DNA of 64,000 nucleotides from a bacterium (GTDB lineage: Bacteria; Patescibacteriota; WWE3; 2-01-FULL-39-13; JAACPI01). The position numbers and the translations under genes were made by a program. The notes under the pieces were generated by a model that was not told the DNA's origin, searched no databases, and worked only from the letters and a program-made list of their open reading frames with translations. Location of the stretch: the NCBI GenBank assembly GCA_009995545.1, contig JAACPI010000005.1, positions 28,244 to 92,243 on the forward strand, read 5' to 3'. Positions 8,217-17,835 of the stretch are shown piece after piece. How positions within the stretch are numbered: position 1 is the first letter of the stretch; each line of letters begins with the position of its first letter.

Positions 8217-9140
8217 TCAAGTCTTTAAAACAGTAATATAGTACTTTGCCACGCCATCTTTTATTAAATTGGGCATTAAATAACCCGAAATTGCATTGTA
8301 AACAAATTCATTAGGTAAAACTTTTACTAAAGGTTTTGCCATATGAGGGTGTTTAAAAAGGTGTGAGGCTACTTTTTCTAACCGTTCCATATTGGGTACT
8401 ACGTATTTTGAAACATCTTCTTCTAACTCCATTTTAAATCTAGCTTCCATGGCCTTTTTAATAAAGCTAGAATACTTTTCGAAGCTATCTAACGCCATAC
8501 CTTTTTCAGTTAACTTACTAGCAGTAAGCTCAGTGTTTGATAATTGTTTATCACTTCTATAGCTATCTACCACAATAAAATAACCCCCTTTTTTTAAAAC
8601 CCTGTAAACCTCACTTAAAACTGTTTTTTTATCGGTAGAGTAACAAAGGGCCTCAACTACAAAGCAGACATCAAAAGAATTATTTTCAAAAGTGCTTAAG
8701 TCTTGGTAGGTTCCTTGTGAAGGAAAATAATTTTTAACCTTAGTTGCTTTTTTATAGGCGTAATAAAGTTGACCCTCTGAAAGATCTACTCCATAAAATT
8801 TAGTATTCGGATTTTTACGAGCCAAAAGAGAAGCATCAGCGCCCCTTCCAGTAGCTAGTTCTAAAACCCTACTGGCTTTGGTTCTTTTAACATACTTATT
8901 TACAAACAATGCTTGGGCTGTTAAATCATCTTTAGTGAAAACACCATTTCTAGTAATACCCAAATGCGCTAAATCCTCTTTTGAGTGAAACAGAGAGTAG
9001 GGTATTTGATTTATTTTATAATAACGTTGGATATAACCATCAGTAACTTTTATTGACGCTATTTTAGGTATCTCAAATATATTAGATATTTTGTCAATTT
9101 TTTCTGCAAGTGTAGGTTTCACCCAGGTATTATAAACCAA
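8217..9140 (-). CDS. class I SAM-dependent methyltransferase
   Basis: Motif I VLELATGRGADASLLA and post-I acidic D in YGVDLSEGQL; LKKGGYFIVVD matches motif III. Confidence 0.7.
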   Translation of the reverse strand: MVYNTWVKPTLAEKIDKISNIFEIPKIASIKVTDGYIQRYYKINQIPYSLFHSKEDLAHLGITRNGVFTKDDLTAQALFVNKYVKRTKASRVLELATGRGADASLLARKNPNTKFYGVDLSEGQLYYAYKKATKVKNYFPSQGTYQDLSTFENNSFDVCFVVEALCYSTDKKTVLSEVYRVLKKGGYFIVVDSYRSDKQLSNTELTASKLTEKGMALDSFEKYSSFIKKAMEARFKMELEEDVSKYVVPNMERLEKVASHLFKHPHMAKPLVKVLPNEFVYNAISGYLMPNLIKDGVAKYYITVLKT

Positions 9141-9196
9141 TAAACCCGATCTAGAACCTAGAAAAATCCGGCCCTAATAAATTTTAATTATAAAGA

Positions 9197-10807
9197 CTAC
9201 TTAACATCAAAAATATAGATACTTGGGGAAATAAACCTAACAAATTTAAAGTTGGAAAAAAGAGATATTTCGTCTGTAGAAATTTGACCATTGTTATTTC
9301 CATATTCATATCTTGTTACGTAAATCAGCTTTTCCATTCCATAACTTTTTTGATTTAAAATATTTTTAACCTCTTGAATATAGCTAGAGGGATAATTACC
9401 TTTAAACTTAATGCTTCTATATAAAAACCTTCTGCTATCAGTAATATCGGTGGAACCTCCCCTTCTGGACTGATAAAAAACATTTTCCTTAAAAGATTTG
9501 TTATCTGCTTGATAAATTAAAGTATCACCACCTAGAATATAAATCTTAGGTAAAGTTTCCTTGCCCAAACATTCTCTTAAAGGGTTATACACTGCGTAGT
9601 TGGTAACAATTAAGGACGATAAGTTGTTGAACTCAGAAACCTTGCTACAAAACTCCTTATTTTCTACGTGCAGATTGTAACTGGTTGCTGCGAAATTAAT
9701 GAAATTTAAGACAAAGAACAGAATTACAGCGGGCAATAACCACATTTTTACATTTTTTTTAAGACTAATAATCCCTTTAGCAATTGCAAACAATAAAGGT
9801 AATAAGAAGTAAATGTAGTGTCTGGGGTTTTTATCTCCAATATAGGATACTAAAACTAAGTAAACAATTAAACTAGAAGCAGAGTAAATATATAAATATC
9901 CCGGATTTAACTTTTTAAAATACCTATAAACTAGGTAAATAAACAGGAACAAAACCAAAGAATAGAAAGGTGCATTAGGAGGTATAAGTAGCAGAGAATT
10001 TATTCCGCCTAAAATATTAGGTTTAAAATCAAACACATAAGAACTGCCGCCGCCCATAAAAGTATCGTAGATCCCTTTCTTATATAAAAATAAAAATAAA
10101 GTTACTATAGAAGATAAAAATGTAGTCAGTAATACAAATACATTTTTTTGGTTTTTATACACGTATAATAAAAAAATAGCCACAGCAGCGGAAAAATAAA
10201 TAAATACAGAGGTAGGGTGTATTAATGAAAGCAATAAAGAAGATACAAAAAACAGAAAGTAATTTCTTTTAGTATTCTGTTCCCTTGATAATATTCTTAT
10301 AAAAAAGTATTGATAAAAAATTAAAAGCAAAAACATTAGCCCGTACATTCGAATATAAAAAGAGTAATAGTTTAAAAGGGGGGAGTAAGCAACTAAAAAG
10401 GTAAATGTTAAGGCACTATTCTTATTCTTAAAAACTAATTTTCCAAAAAAATAAGAAGAAACAACACATAAAATCCAAATTAAGTAATTAAAGGCTTTAG
10501 AAATTAAAATATAGTGAGGAGAATAGCTAAATATTTTTAAAATGTAGTAATAAAAGGGAAAATTGTGCTCGTTTTTTAGTGCCTCGGAAATATCGAAAAA
10601 AGACAAGCTGGCAATATTTAGAGTATTCGACTCGTCGTAACTAAAATTAGTAGACCTAATATAGCTAAAAAAGGCCAAATACAGAGCAATAACAAGTATC
10701 AAAAATAAATATATCCTGGGATAAAGGTTTTCGGATTTTTTGTCGTAGATGTAATTAAAATAAAGACCTTTTAAAGATTTAAAGAAAGCTTTTATACGAG
10801 AAGACAT
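9197..10807 (-). CDS. polytopic membrane glycosyltransferase, GT39/GT83-like (PMT/ArnT family)
   Basis: More than ten TM helices, a DE motif in the first extracytoplasmic loop (FSYDESNTLNIA) and a soluble C-terminal domain. It sits next to a methyltransferase. Confidence 0.4.
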   Translation of the reverse strand: MSSRIKAFFKSLKGLYFNYIYDKKSENLYPRIYLFLILVIALYLAFFSYIRSTNFSYDESNTLNIASLSFFDISEALKNEHNFPFYYYILKIFSYSPHYILISKAFNYLIWILCVVSSYFFGKLVFKNKNSALTFTFLVAYSPLLNYYSFYIRMYGLMFLLLIFYQYFFIRILSREQNTKRNYFLFFVSSLLLSLIHPTSVFIYFSAAVAIFLLYVYKNQKNVFVLLTTFLSSIVTLFLFLYKKGIYDTFMGGGSSYVFDFKPNILGGINSLLLIPPNAPFYSLVLFLFIYLVYRYFKKLNPGYLYIYSASSLIVYLVLVSYIGDKNPRHYIYFLLPLLFAIAKGIISLKKNVKMWLLPAVILFFVLNFINFAATSYNLHVENKEFCSKVSEFNNLSSLIVTNYAVYNPLRECLGKETLPKIYILGGDTLIYQADNKSFKENVFYQSRRGGSTDITDSRRFLYRSIKFKGNYPSSYIQEVKNILNQKSYGMEKLIYVTRYEYGNNNGQISTDEISLFSNFKFVRFISPSIYIFDVK

Positions 10808-10809
10808 AG

Positions 10810-11265
10810 TTATCTAGTTCTAACTTCTTTTATCTCTTTATCCATATCTTTTTTTAGTTGCTTTTCTTTTTCAAACTGTCTTTTGCCTGCTTTTCCAACC
10901 CCTTTTGCCAGGCCCAATTTTACTTTTACCAACTTACTTTCATTTATAAATACTTCTAAAGGAATTAAAGTTCTTCCTTTACTAGAGATTTGAGCATTTA
11001 TATCTATTATCTCTTTTTTTGTCAGTAGTAATTTTCTGGATCTAGTGGGATCGTATTTTAAGTTACTACTTCGTGAATATTTTGGAATATTAAACCCTAC
11101 TAAAAATATTTGGCCACCTATGTTTTTTGCAAAAGCCCCTTTTAAATTTCCTTTTCCTTGTCTTAAAGATTTTACCTCTTCACCTAAAAGCTTAATTCCA
11201 GCAGAATAATTTTTTAAGATTTCAAAGCTACCAGAAACTTTCTTACTTAACAGTAACTTTTCCAT
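10810..11265 (-). CDS. smpB: SsrA-binding protein SmpB
   Basis: Conserved blocks LLGEEVKSLRQGKGNL, YDPTRSRKLLL and GLAKGVGKAGKRQ with a basic C-terminal tail match SmpB. Confidence 0.85.
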   Translation of the reverse strand: MEKLLLSKKVSGSFEILKNYSAGIKLLGEEVKSLRQGKGNLKGAFAKNIGGQIFLVGFNIPKYSRSSNLKYDPTRSRKLLLTKKEIIDINAQISSKGRTLIPLEVFINESKLVKVKLGLAKGVGKAGKRQFEKEKQLKKDMDKEIKEVRTR

Positions 11266-11267
11266 AG

Positions 11268-13169
11268 TTACTTTGCCAAATCTATTTTATAAAGTTTAGA
11301 CCCGCTAGATAAAAAGGCTGAGTCCTCGAGTACTGTAAAATGTTGGGCTGAAAAATTTAGATCTACAGTAGTTAACTCTTCCCCACTTTTTTTATCTACT
11401 TTTACTAATTTTTTATCCAAAAGTATCCAAAGATAATCTAAATCTCTATTAGTATAAACACCCACTGCATTGGTAATATTTGTGTTAAATTCTTGCTCTT
11501 CGCTAACATAGTATTCGGTCACTCCCTCGTTACCAACCAAATATATGGAACCGTCAATTGCTAAATCGTTAAAATTCCCAACATTTTCAGCCCAGATAGA
11601 TCGGGTAAAGGTACCATCTCCTTTTATATATTTATAAATCGAGCCATTTGCTAAAACGTAAATATTTCCTAAATATTCAACTGCCCCTGTAAAATTGGCA
11701 ATTTCTGTGTCTAAAGAAAACTCTGTTAAATTCGAAGAGTTAGGACCAATAAAAACGGCTTTTGTTGTTAAAATATACAAATTATCCTCACTAGACAAGG
11801 TAATTAAGTAATTATCATTTTTAGGCAAATCTGCTATTTTGGAAGGCTCCTCATCTGTAAATACATAGGATTGTTTGGCACCCCTATCGGATATTAAAAT
11901 ATCATTATTAAAAGCTGATAAAGAAGAGATTGCCGAACTATCAGACTTAACTTTAAAATTAAAAATACTAGAATCGCTATTTGAATCAAATTTATTAATA
12001 GAGTTTTCAATTTTTACCTTAAGCACCTGTAAATCAGTATCGCTATTTCCATTTTCTATCTCCTTATTAAGGTCACTGAGTAAAACCTCGTATTCTTGTT
12101 TATCAGCATTATTGCTAACTAAATTTTCAAATTTTAAATTAAATTCCGAAACATCTAAGGTTGCTATGGTTACGGCGTCTTTTTTAAATAAATTAATTTT
12201 AGGTATAAAAAAGTAGGAACCTACTAAAATCCCTGTAGCAATAAGACCAAAACCGGCTACCATTAAAGTTTTTTTATTAGGCTTTTTAAAGTATTTTTTA
12301 GTATTTCTTTCGGTTGCCAAAACACTAGACACCCCTGTTTCTTGATTGGCACTACTTGGAATATCAGTTAACGAAGTAATTGAACTTAAGTCGGGGTCAT
12401 TTTCTAAAACCTTTTCAACATTTTCCTCTGGTGAGTTTAAATCTAAGTTTTCATTCAAATGTGTAGAAGTATCTACATCGATTTTGGCACTTCTCTTGGA
12501 TAAGGAGGATACTATACCTACTATATCTCTTTTGTTAGGTAACATAGATTTTTTGAACATAACAACCACTGCCGAAAAAGAGGCGGGGGAATCGGATTTT
12601 TTAAACTCTTCTTCTAAAGATCCTAGTTTTTCTAGGAGTAAAGAGTTATTAAAAGAATCGTTAAATTTTTTAGTGGATAAAATAAATACATCATCACTTT
12701 CTAAAATACCGGAGCTGGTTAAAACCTCCCCGCTGGTTTTATGACCTATATCTAAGACTTCTCCGTTTCTTACCAATAAAACAGCGGACTCACCTAGCTG
12801 AGCTACGTATAAAACCTTCCCCCAAACAACTGCACAAGCCACGTTAAAATTTAACGACTTAACTGAAGAGTCGTTTGTTTTAGCTATTTCTTTTAGTTTA
12901 TCTTTACCTGAAATTAAAGCCTTTTCTAGTGCCTGTAGGGGAGTGCCATCGGAGTCACCATAATACTTTTCTTTTGTTTCATCTATTAAAATTTTAGAGG
13001 CTAGGTGTAAATCAATATTAGAAGAACCCTCAAAATCCAACACCATATACAAACGGCCTCGACTATTTAATACATTTATATCGTCTGGGTCAAACTCATA
13101 GGGAATAGACCATACACCATCAATTGGATCAAAACTTCCCAAAATTTTCTGAGATTTTATGTCGTACAT
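11268..13169 (-). CDS. membrane-anchored protein with degenerate PP2C-like N-terminal domain and large extracytoplasmic C-terminal domain
   Basis: VAQLGESAVLLVRNGEVLDIGHKTS resembles PP2C motif (a.vGDSRa.L.r.g) but with GES replacing GDS. A single TM lies at ~aa 300. The C-terminal half is S/N/T-rich and beta-rich. Confidence 0.4.
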   Translation of the reverse strand: MYDIKSQKILGSFDPIDGVWSIPYEFDPDDINVLNSRGRLYMVLDFEGSSNIDLHLASKILIDETKEKYYGDSDGTPLQALEKALISGKDKLKEIAKTNDSSVKSLNFNVACAVVWGKVLYVAQLGESAVLLVRNGEVLDIGHKTSGEVLTSSGILESDDVFILSTKKFNDSFNNSLLLEKLGSLEEEFKKSDSPASFSAVVVMFKKSMLPNKRDIVGIVSSLSKRSAKIDVDTSTHLNENLDLNSPEENVEKVLENDPDLSSITSLTDIPSSANQETGVSSVLATERNTKKYFKKPNKKTLMVAGFGLIATGILVGSYFFIPKINLFKKDAVTIATLDVSEFNLKFENLVSNNADKQEYEVLLSDLNKEIENGNSDTDLQVLKVKIENSINKFDSNSDSSIFNFKVKSDSSAISSLSAFNNDILISDRGAKQSYVFTDEEPSKIADLPKNDNYLITLSSEDNLYILTTKAVFIGPNSSNLTEFSLDTEIANFTGAVEYLGNIYVLANGSIYKYIKGDGTFTRSIWAENVGNFNDLAIDGSIYLVGNEGVTEYYVSEEQEFNTNITNAVGVYTNRDLDYLWILLDKKLVKVDKKSGEELTTVDLNFSAQHFTVLEDSAFLSSGSKLYKIDLAK

Positions 13170-13170
13170 T

Positions 13171-13428
13171 TTAAAGCAATAAAGTGTTAATTAAGAACAA
13201 CGCGACAATAAATGCAAAGGCTAAGTGAATTAATGCCATAGCTTTTACGTATTTATCAACCCCGGTAATTATAACCTGGCCCATAAGACTAACCTGTCTA
13301 ACAAGAATAACAGCAAAGAGTAAATACATTAATACAATGATTACTACAATTGTATTTAAAAAGATTACTACAATGTTTGAAAATTCCATATTACTCATGC
13401 CCTCCACCTGCTTTTGCAGCCAAATCAC
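13171..13428 (-). CDS. small two-TM membrane protein
   Basis: 85 aa, two hydrophobic helices; overlaps the upstream gene, so likely co-translated. Confidence 0.3.
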   Translation of the reverse strand: MIWLQKQVEGMSNMEFSNIVVIFLNTIVVIIVLMYLLFAVILVRQVSLMGQVIITGVDKYVKAMALIHLAFAFIVALFLINTLLL

Positions 13429-13951
13429 TAATAATGTCTTGGACTTTTGCAGGATTAGGAATATCTATAAATTCAAATTGATTTTGTTCGGCAGCAGTTT
13501 GCATTAAGACATTGCCGTAATTAAAAATAGTTTGAAAAATGTTACTCATACTAAACGAGGTATCCTCTAAATTATCGTAGGTGGCCTCACTAACATTTTT
13601 ATAAAATAAAGGCTTAAAATCGATATCTATAAGTCTACGATCAGTTACAATATAAACATTGAAATACCAAGTTATAAATCTTTCTAGGGTGTATATAACT
13701 GACATCACATACCAAAGAGCAATTGCTATATTTTCTAACTCTAAGCCTTTATAAAAGGAAAACAAAGTACCATACTTCAAAACATAATTCATATAAAAAG
13801 TTGGGGCTAACAGAGCTAAGATACTTAAAATAATCCAGGGAATATTAGTAACAAAAGCTTTACGCAGAGCAAAGATAATCTTTTCTCCGGGTTCTTGTGT
13901 AGCAAATCTTATATTTGTAGGTTTTTCTAAATATGCCGAAAATATGTTCAT
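13391..13951 (-). CDS. bacterial PH-domain (bPH_2/YdbT-like) membrane protein
   Basis: Two TM helices followed by YIVTDRRLIDIDFKPLF, which is typical of membrane-flanked bPH_2 domains. Confidence 0.45.
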   Translation of the reverse strand: MNIFSAYLEKPTNIRFATQEPGEKIIFALRKAFVTNIPWIILSILALLAPTFYMNYVLKYGTLFSFYKGLELENIAIALWYVMSVIYTLERFITWYFNVYIVTDRRLIDIDFKPLFYKNVSEATYDNLEDTSFSMSNIFQTIFNYGNVLMQTAAEQNQFEFIDIPNPAKVQDIISDLAAKAGGGHE

Positions 13952-14004
13952 GGTTTGATTTTACTACGACTAAGGACAAAGTAAAAATATAGGGTATTAT
14001 TTTG

Positions 14005-15795
14005 CTACTTTTTTTCTATATCAAACAATTTAGACTTTATTGCTATATAGCCAGGAGCTCTTAAATTAAAAGCGCTTTTAAATAATTGACCCTCCGCTTT
14101 TAAGGTACCTTTGTCTGTCTCAAAAGTTACTTGGCTGGTGTACCCATTGTCACTAAAACTAACTGACACACTTTTTACTTTTGAGTAACCTGTACCTATC
14201 TCATCTGCTTTTTTTCTAAGGTCACCCATAGAGTAAGGATCTCCTCCCCAACAACTTGTGGTAACGGGCGTAATTCTATCGGTGTCTTTTCCGGCTTTTA
14301 GTAACACATAAGCATTTAATATATCGGCCATTTCCTCTTCATTTAACCAGGGGTGGCTTCTACCGCACTTATCCGAACTAACGGAATAACTTTCGGTATA
14401 CCAACCCTTATAGAACCAAGGTGACCCACCCCGTTTTTCATATGCATCTCCAGGCCAACCACCTTTTTTATCCCAACCAACATCTTCAATGTAACCACCC
14501 GTAGTAGAGGAGTAGTAAGCTACAGTATCCTCGTTATCTAGAATTTTATTCTTAGTATCGTCAACAGCCTTTTTCCAATTTGGGTAGTCCCCATTTTTCA
14601 CACTATCAGCCTTACTTTTAGAAAACACCTGACAACTTTGGCTAGTACATATAGACTTGCCTGCCTTGATATACCTGTAAGCATAGGATCTTCCCGCGAC
14701 AGCCTGTGCCTTTAGAGCTTCGCTTGGCCAACTTGTAGGCATTTCAGCAAGTCCGTATAAATAGTATTGAAAATCCATTTCTCCATAACCATCGACACTT
14801 ATTTTACTGGGCATACCATCTTTGGTTTTTACCCCTGTTTTATAATAAAACTTTAATATTTCGTCGTATTTTTTCCCGTCATCTGCTCTTCCTTTAGCGC
14901 CATACTGACTCATACCTTTATAGTGTGTATAAGCTCCGTAGCTAAAAGCAGCAAAAGCGGGGCTAAAACCCGGGTTATAGCTTGGGGCAGCGTGTGGATC
15001 ATCGGTTTGCACGCCATCTCCCAAAGAAGAATAGAACTCTCCTCCACTTTTTTTAGCTAAAATATCTTGCTGCTTTTTAAGCAAGCCATTTAACTTTTTA
15101 CTTAAACTTCCTAAGTCACTATTCTTAGCAGAGAGCTCTTGCTGCTGTTCTGCTAACTTTTGCTCTGTATCTGCTTTAATAGAATCTAACTTAGTTTTTT
15201 CGGCAAGTACCTCGTTTTGTAATTCTTCTAAACGGGCTTTGTTTTGTTTGTTGATGATGATATCAGAATTTATATTAGAAATAACATTTAGAGAGTCATC
15301 AAAGTACTTTTTTAAGTACTCGGCTCTCTCTGTTGTTGCTAATAAAGAGTTAGACTGCACAATTGCAGTCATGACATTATTTGGGCCTTTTTTATAAAAA
15401 TTGCGAATAGTTCTATCTCTAAGCACAGTTTGGGTAGTTAAAACACCCGACTTAGTATTTATATCGTAAGTAATACCATCTATTTGGTTTCCTATATTAC
15501 TTATTTCCACTTCTATCTGTTTTATAGAGAAAAGTATTTGGCTTAAAGAACCCGACAAGTTTCCAACCTCACCTTTTATTTTAGAAATTTGATCCGATAA
15601 ATTATCAATTTTATTTTGGGTTTTTTGGATATCCTCTTCAACCTTTTGTAGGTCATCCTCGGCAAAAATATAGGCAGAATTATTGACTATAAAAGTCGAT
15701 AAACCTAACATTAAGGTAACAATGATTAAAAAACTAATTCTAGGCAGTTTCATATTTTTTATTATAACCTTTTTATGGGGTTTTTTGGATGTCAA
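14005..15795 (-). CDS. SpoIID/LytB-domain cell-wall protein with N-terminal coiled coil
   Basis: The C-terminal half matches SpoIID (YLYGLAEMPTSWPSEALKAQAVAGRSYA...CTSQSCQVF...YYSSTTGGYIE). The N-terminal ~250 aa is a heptad-rich coiled coil. The true start is probably Met-15 (MKLPRISFLII, signal peptide) at 15753. Confidence 0.65.
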   Translation of the reverse strand: MTSKKPHKKVIIKNMKLPRISFLIIVTLMLGLSTFIVNNSAYIFAEDDLQKVEEDIQKTQNKIDNLSDQISKIKGEVGNLSGSLSQILFSIKQIEVEISNIGNQIDGITYDINTKSGVLTTQTVLRDRTIRNFYKKGPNNVMTAIVQSNSLLATTERAEYLKKYFDDSLNVISNINSDIIINKQNKARLEELQNEVLAEKTKLDSIKADTEQKLAEQQQELSAKNSDLGSLSKKLNGLLKKQQDILAKKSGGEFYSSLGDGVQTDDPHAAPSYNPGFSPAFAAFSYGAYTHYKGMSQYGAKGRADDGKKYDEILKFYYKTGVKTKDGMPSKISVDGYGEMDFQYYLYGLAEMPTSWPSEALKAQAVAGRSYAYRYIKAGKSICTSQSCQVFSKSKADSVKNGDYPNWKKAVDDTKNKILDNEDTVAYYSSTTGGYIEDVGWDKKGGWPGDAYEKRGGSPWFYKGWYTESYSVSSDKCGRSHPWLNEEEMADILNAYVLLKAGKDTDRITPVTTSCWGGDPYSMGDLRKKADEIGTGYSKVKSVSVSFSDNGYTSQVTFETDKGTLKAEGQLFKSAFNLRAPGYIAIKSKLFDIEKK

Positions 15796-16486
15796 AAGTA
15801 TCTATGCGGAGACAGCTACCTATAACTGTACAGCGTCAGGTTTTGTGTCGGTAACCTCCGAACCACCTGTGGGAGGTCAAACCAGGGTAATCGCATCAGT
15901 AAATGGCCTAGATCCGCTATCCTGGAACCAATCAGAATATCAGATGGAAATTCAGGCACGAACAGCTTCAGGGTGGCAAACTATAAACCCCAGCACTGCT
16001 AAAATCGGAAAAAGCGGTTCAGGAACGACTGCAGGTAACTACCCCTCGGACAGTATAAACTCGGGCAATCTGAGAGTTATTGTATGGCACAGAAATAACC
16101 TATTCTTTGCAGATGATTGCTCCGTAGCAAGCACTTTTGCTGCAGCAAACCCCAATCCTGTTCCGGCACCAGCTCCGGCACCAGCTCCAGCACCCGCACC
16201 CGCACCGGCCCCTTCAAGCTCCCCCTCGTCCGGTTTAAGTCCAGATCAGGCTTTGGATAAAGTAAAAAATATGGTCGGTTGGGTTTATAATTTAGCTTTT
16301 CCAATTGCAATTATTATTGCGGTTGTAAAAATACTTATTAACTTAATGGCGCTGGCTACAAGTTCGGGAGATCCAACTAAATTACAACAGGTAAAAGAGG
16401 AGCTCTATGCGATATTAATGGGATTGTTAGTAATTGGCGGTGCGGCTACCTTAATTAATATTCTGGGTAATGCCATGGGAATATAG
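15722..16486 (+). CDS. VirB2/TrbC-like pilin paralog 1 with extra N-terminal secreted domain and (Pro-Ala)n linker
   Basis: Signal peptide MIKKLILGSFIFFIITFLWGFL, a ~150-aa domain, a PAPAPAPAPAPAPAPA linker, then a C-terminal two-helix pilin module homologous to the three downstream genes. The start is chosen at the second Met because the track start (15683) overlaps the divergent gene further. Confidence 0.4.
   Translation: MIKKLILGSFIFFIITFLWGFLDVKSIYAETATYNCTASGFVSVTSEPPVGGQTRVIASVNGLDPLSWNQSEYQMEIQARTASGWQTINPSTAKIGKSGSGTTAGNYPSDSINSGNLRVIVWHRNNLFFADDCSVASTFAAANPNPVPAPAPAPAPAPAPAPAPSSSPSSGLSPDQALDKVKNMVGWVYNLAFPIAIIIAVVKILINLMALATSSGDPTKLQQVKEELYAILMGLLVIGGAATLINILGNAMGI
16163..16210 (+). 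repeat. (CCGGCACCAGCT)-type tandem repeat encoding a Pro-Ala linker
   Basis: ccggcaccagctccggcaccagctccagcacccgcacccgcaccggcc. Confidence 0.8.
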
Positions 16487-16495
16487 ACAGAACAT

Positions 16496-16524
16496 TTGAT
16501 TTAATCGGAGTTATCTAATATTAT
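16496..16524 (+). promoter_or_regulatory. sigma70-like promoter for pilin paralog 2
   Basis: TTGATT, 17-bp spacer, TATTAT, about 30 nt upstream of the 16555 start. Confidence 0.35.
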
Positions 16525-16554
16525 TTAATAAGTTACAGTAAATTTTTATATTTT

Positions 16555-16917
16555 ATGATTAACATTAACGAGCTTTTAAGTTATGTAACTTTAAGGGTAG
16601 CCCATGCAGGTACAGCAATTGACTTACCGGATACTGGGGGAACTAGCACCGTGTTTGGAAGTTTAAGTGCATTTGTTACTTTCATAATTAATTTGGTTTT
16701 TGGTGTAGGTATATCCATTTCGTTAGTATTTTTAATTGTTTGTGGTATAAAATATGCCATGTCCAGTGGCGACCAAAGCAAAGCTGAAGAGGCACGAAAC
16801 TGTATAACAAACGCCATTATTGGTGCTGTAGTTATTATTGCCTTTAGATTATTAATAAACTTGGCTTTAAACTTATTTGGATTCAAAGGAGTAGACGAAC
16901 TACTACCAACTTCGTAG
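16555..16917 (+). CDS. VirB2/TrbC-like pilin paralog 2 (probable major pilin)
   Basis: 120 aa. A long leader is followed by two hydrophobic helices flanking IVCGIKYAMSSGDQSKAEEA. It has its own promoter and a strong terminator. Confidence 0.45.
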   Translation: MININELLSYVTLRVAHAGTAIDLPDTGGTSTVFGSLSAFVTFIINLVFGVGISISLVFLIVCGIKYAMSSGDQSKAEEARNCITNAIIGAVVIIAFRLLINLALNLFGFKGVDELLPTS

Positions 16918-16945
16918 TATTAAACTTTAATCTGAACTTAAAACT

Positions 16946-16977
16946 AAAGCCTCTGCTTTTGCAGGGGCTTTTTTTAT
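16946..16977 (+). terminator. rho-independent terminator
   Basis: AAAGCCTCTGC-TTTT-GCAGGGGCTT followed by TTTTTTT. Confidence 0.65.
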
Positions 16978-17049
16978 GCCCAAGTAGGTTTATTCAAAGG
17001 GTGCCAGTTTTAACTACACTTTAAAACTGTAATACTGTAATATAGGGAT

Positions 17050-17373
17050 ATGAACAGAGTACTAGCAAATTTTGGCAACCCAGACAACACAGCAGTTGGA
17101 AAACTTACAGACGTCACAAATCTATCGGATATCTTTGGAATACTGTACAACTTATTATTTGGAGTAGGGTTATCGCTTTCAATAATTTTTGTAATTGTTT
17201 GTGGTATAAAATTTGTCACGTCAGCGGGCGATCCCAATAAAAAAGCTGAGGCAGGTCAGTGCCTAACCTGGGCGGTTATATCTGCGATTGTAATTGTTTC
17301 GTTTAAGTTAATACCTTTCTTAATTTTTAATATCTTTGGTTTTGACGACCCTACAACAATAATAAACACATGA
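17050..17373 (+). CDS. VirB2/TrbC-like pilin paralog 3
   Basis: 107 aa; IVCGIKFVTSAGDPNKKAEA is homologous to paralog 2. Confidence 0.45.
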   Translation: MNRVLANFGNPDNTAVGKLTDVTNLSDIFGILYNLLFGVGLSLSIIFVIVCGIKFVTSAGDPNKKAEAGQCLTWAVISAIVIVSFKLIPFLIFNIFGFDDPTTIINT

Positions 17374-17771
17374 ATTTAATTAATTTGGTTTTTATTTACA
17401 TAAATGTATATGGCAAAAATTTTATTTTTGCAGCTTTTGAAGAACCCCCATTTACTCACGACCAGGCTGTAAAGGTTGACGAGGCTTTCAATAGTTTGGC
17501 TGGTGGTATAACAACTTTAATACTATCCTTAAGAAACGTGACCTTGGCTTTAGGTTTTTTATTTATTTTAGTTGGAGGAATTAAACTAGCGACAGGGCAA
17601 GGAGACCCGGAAAAAATTGCTTCAGGAAAACAGACACTTATGTGGGCTTTAGCTGCAATGGTTTTAGCTGTATCCTTTTGGGCCATTGTAAAAGTTGTAC
17701 TAGGGCAAATTTTCGGGGTTACCGGGATAGGGGACGAAATAATGTTCGATGTAACCATACCCCATTTTTAG
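17370..17771 (+). CDS. VirB2/TrbC-like pilin paralog 4 (divergent)
   Basis: 133 aa; ILVGGIKLATGQGDPEKIASGK has the same helix-loop-helix layout; 4-nt overlap with paralog 3. Confidence 0.4.
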   Translation: MNLINLVFIYINVYGKNFIFAAFEEPPFTHDQAVKVDEAFNSLAGGITTLILSLRNVTLALGFLFILVGGIKLATGQGDPEKIASGKQTLMWALAAMVLAVSFWAIVKVVLGQIFGVTGIGDEIMFDVTIPHF

Positions 17772-17835
17772 TTAAAATAAAAAACTTCCAGTAACTTCTT
17801 TTATAGTCCAATTTCTCTTATAATTAGGGCAATAC

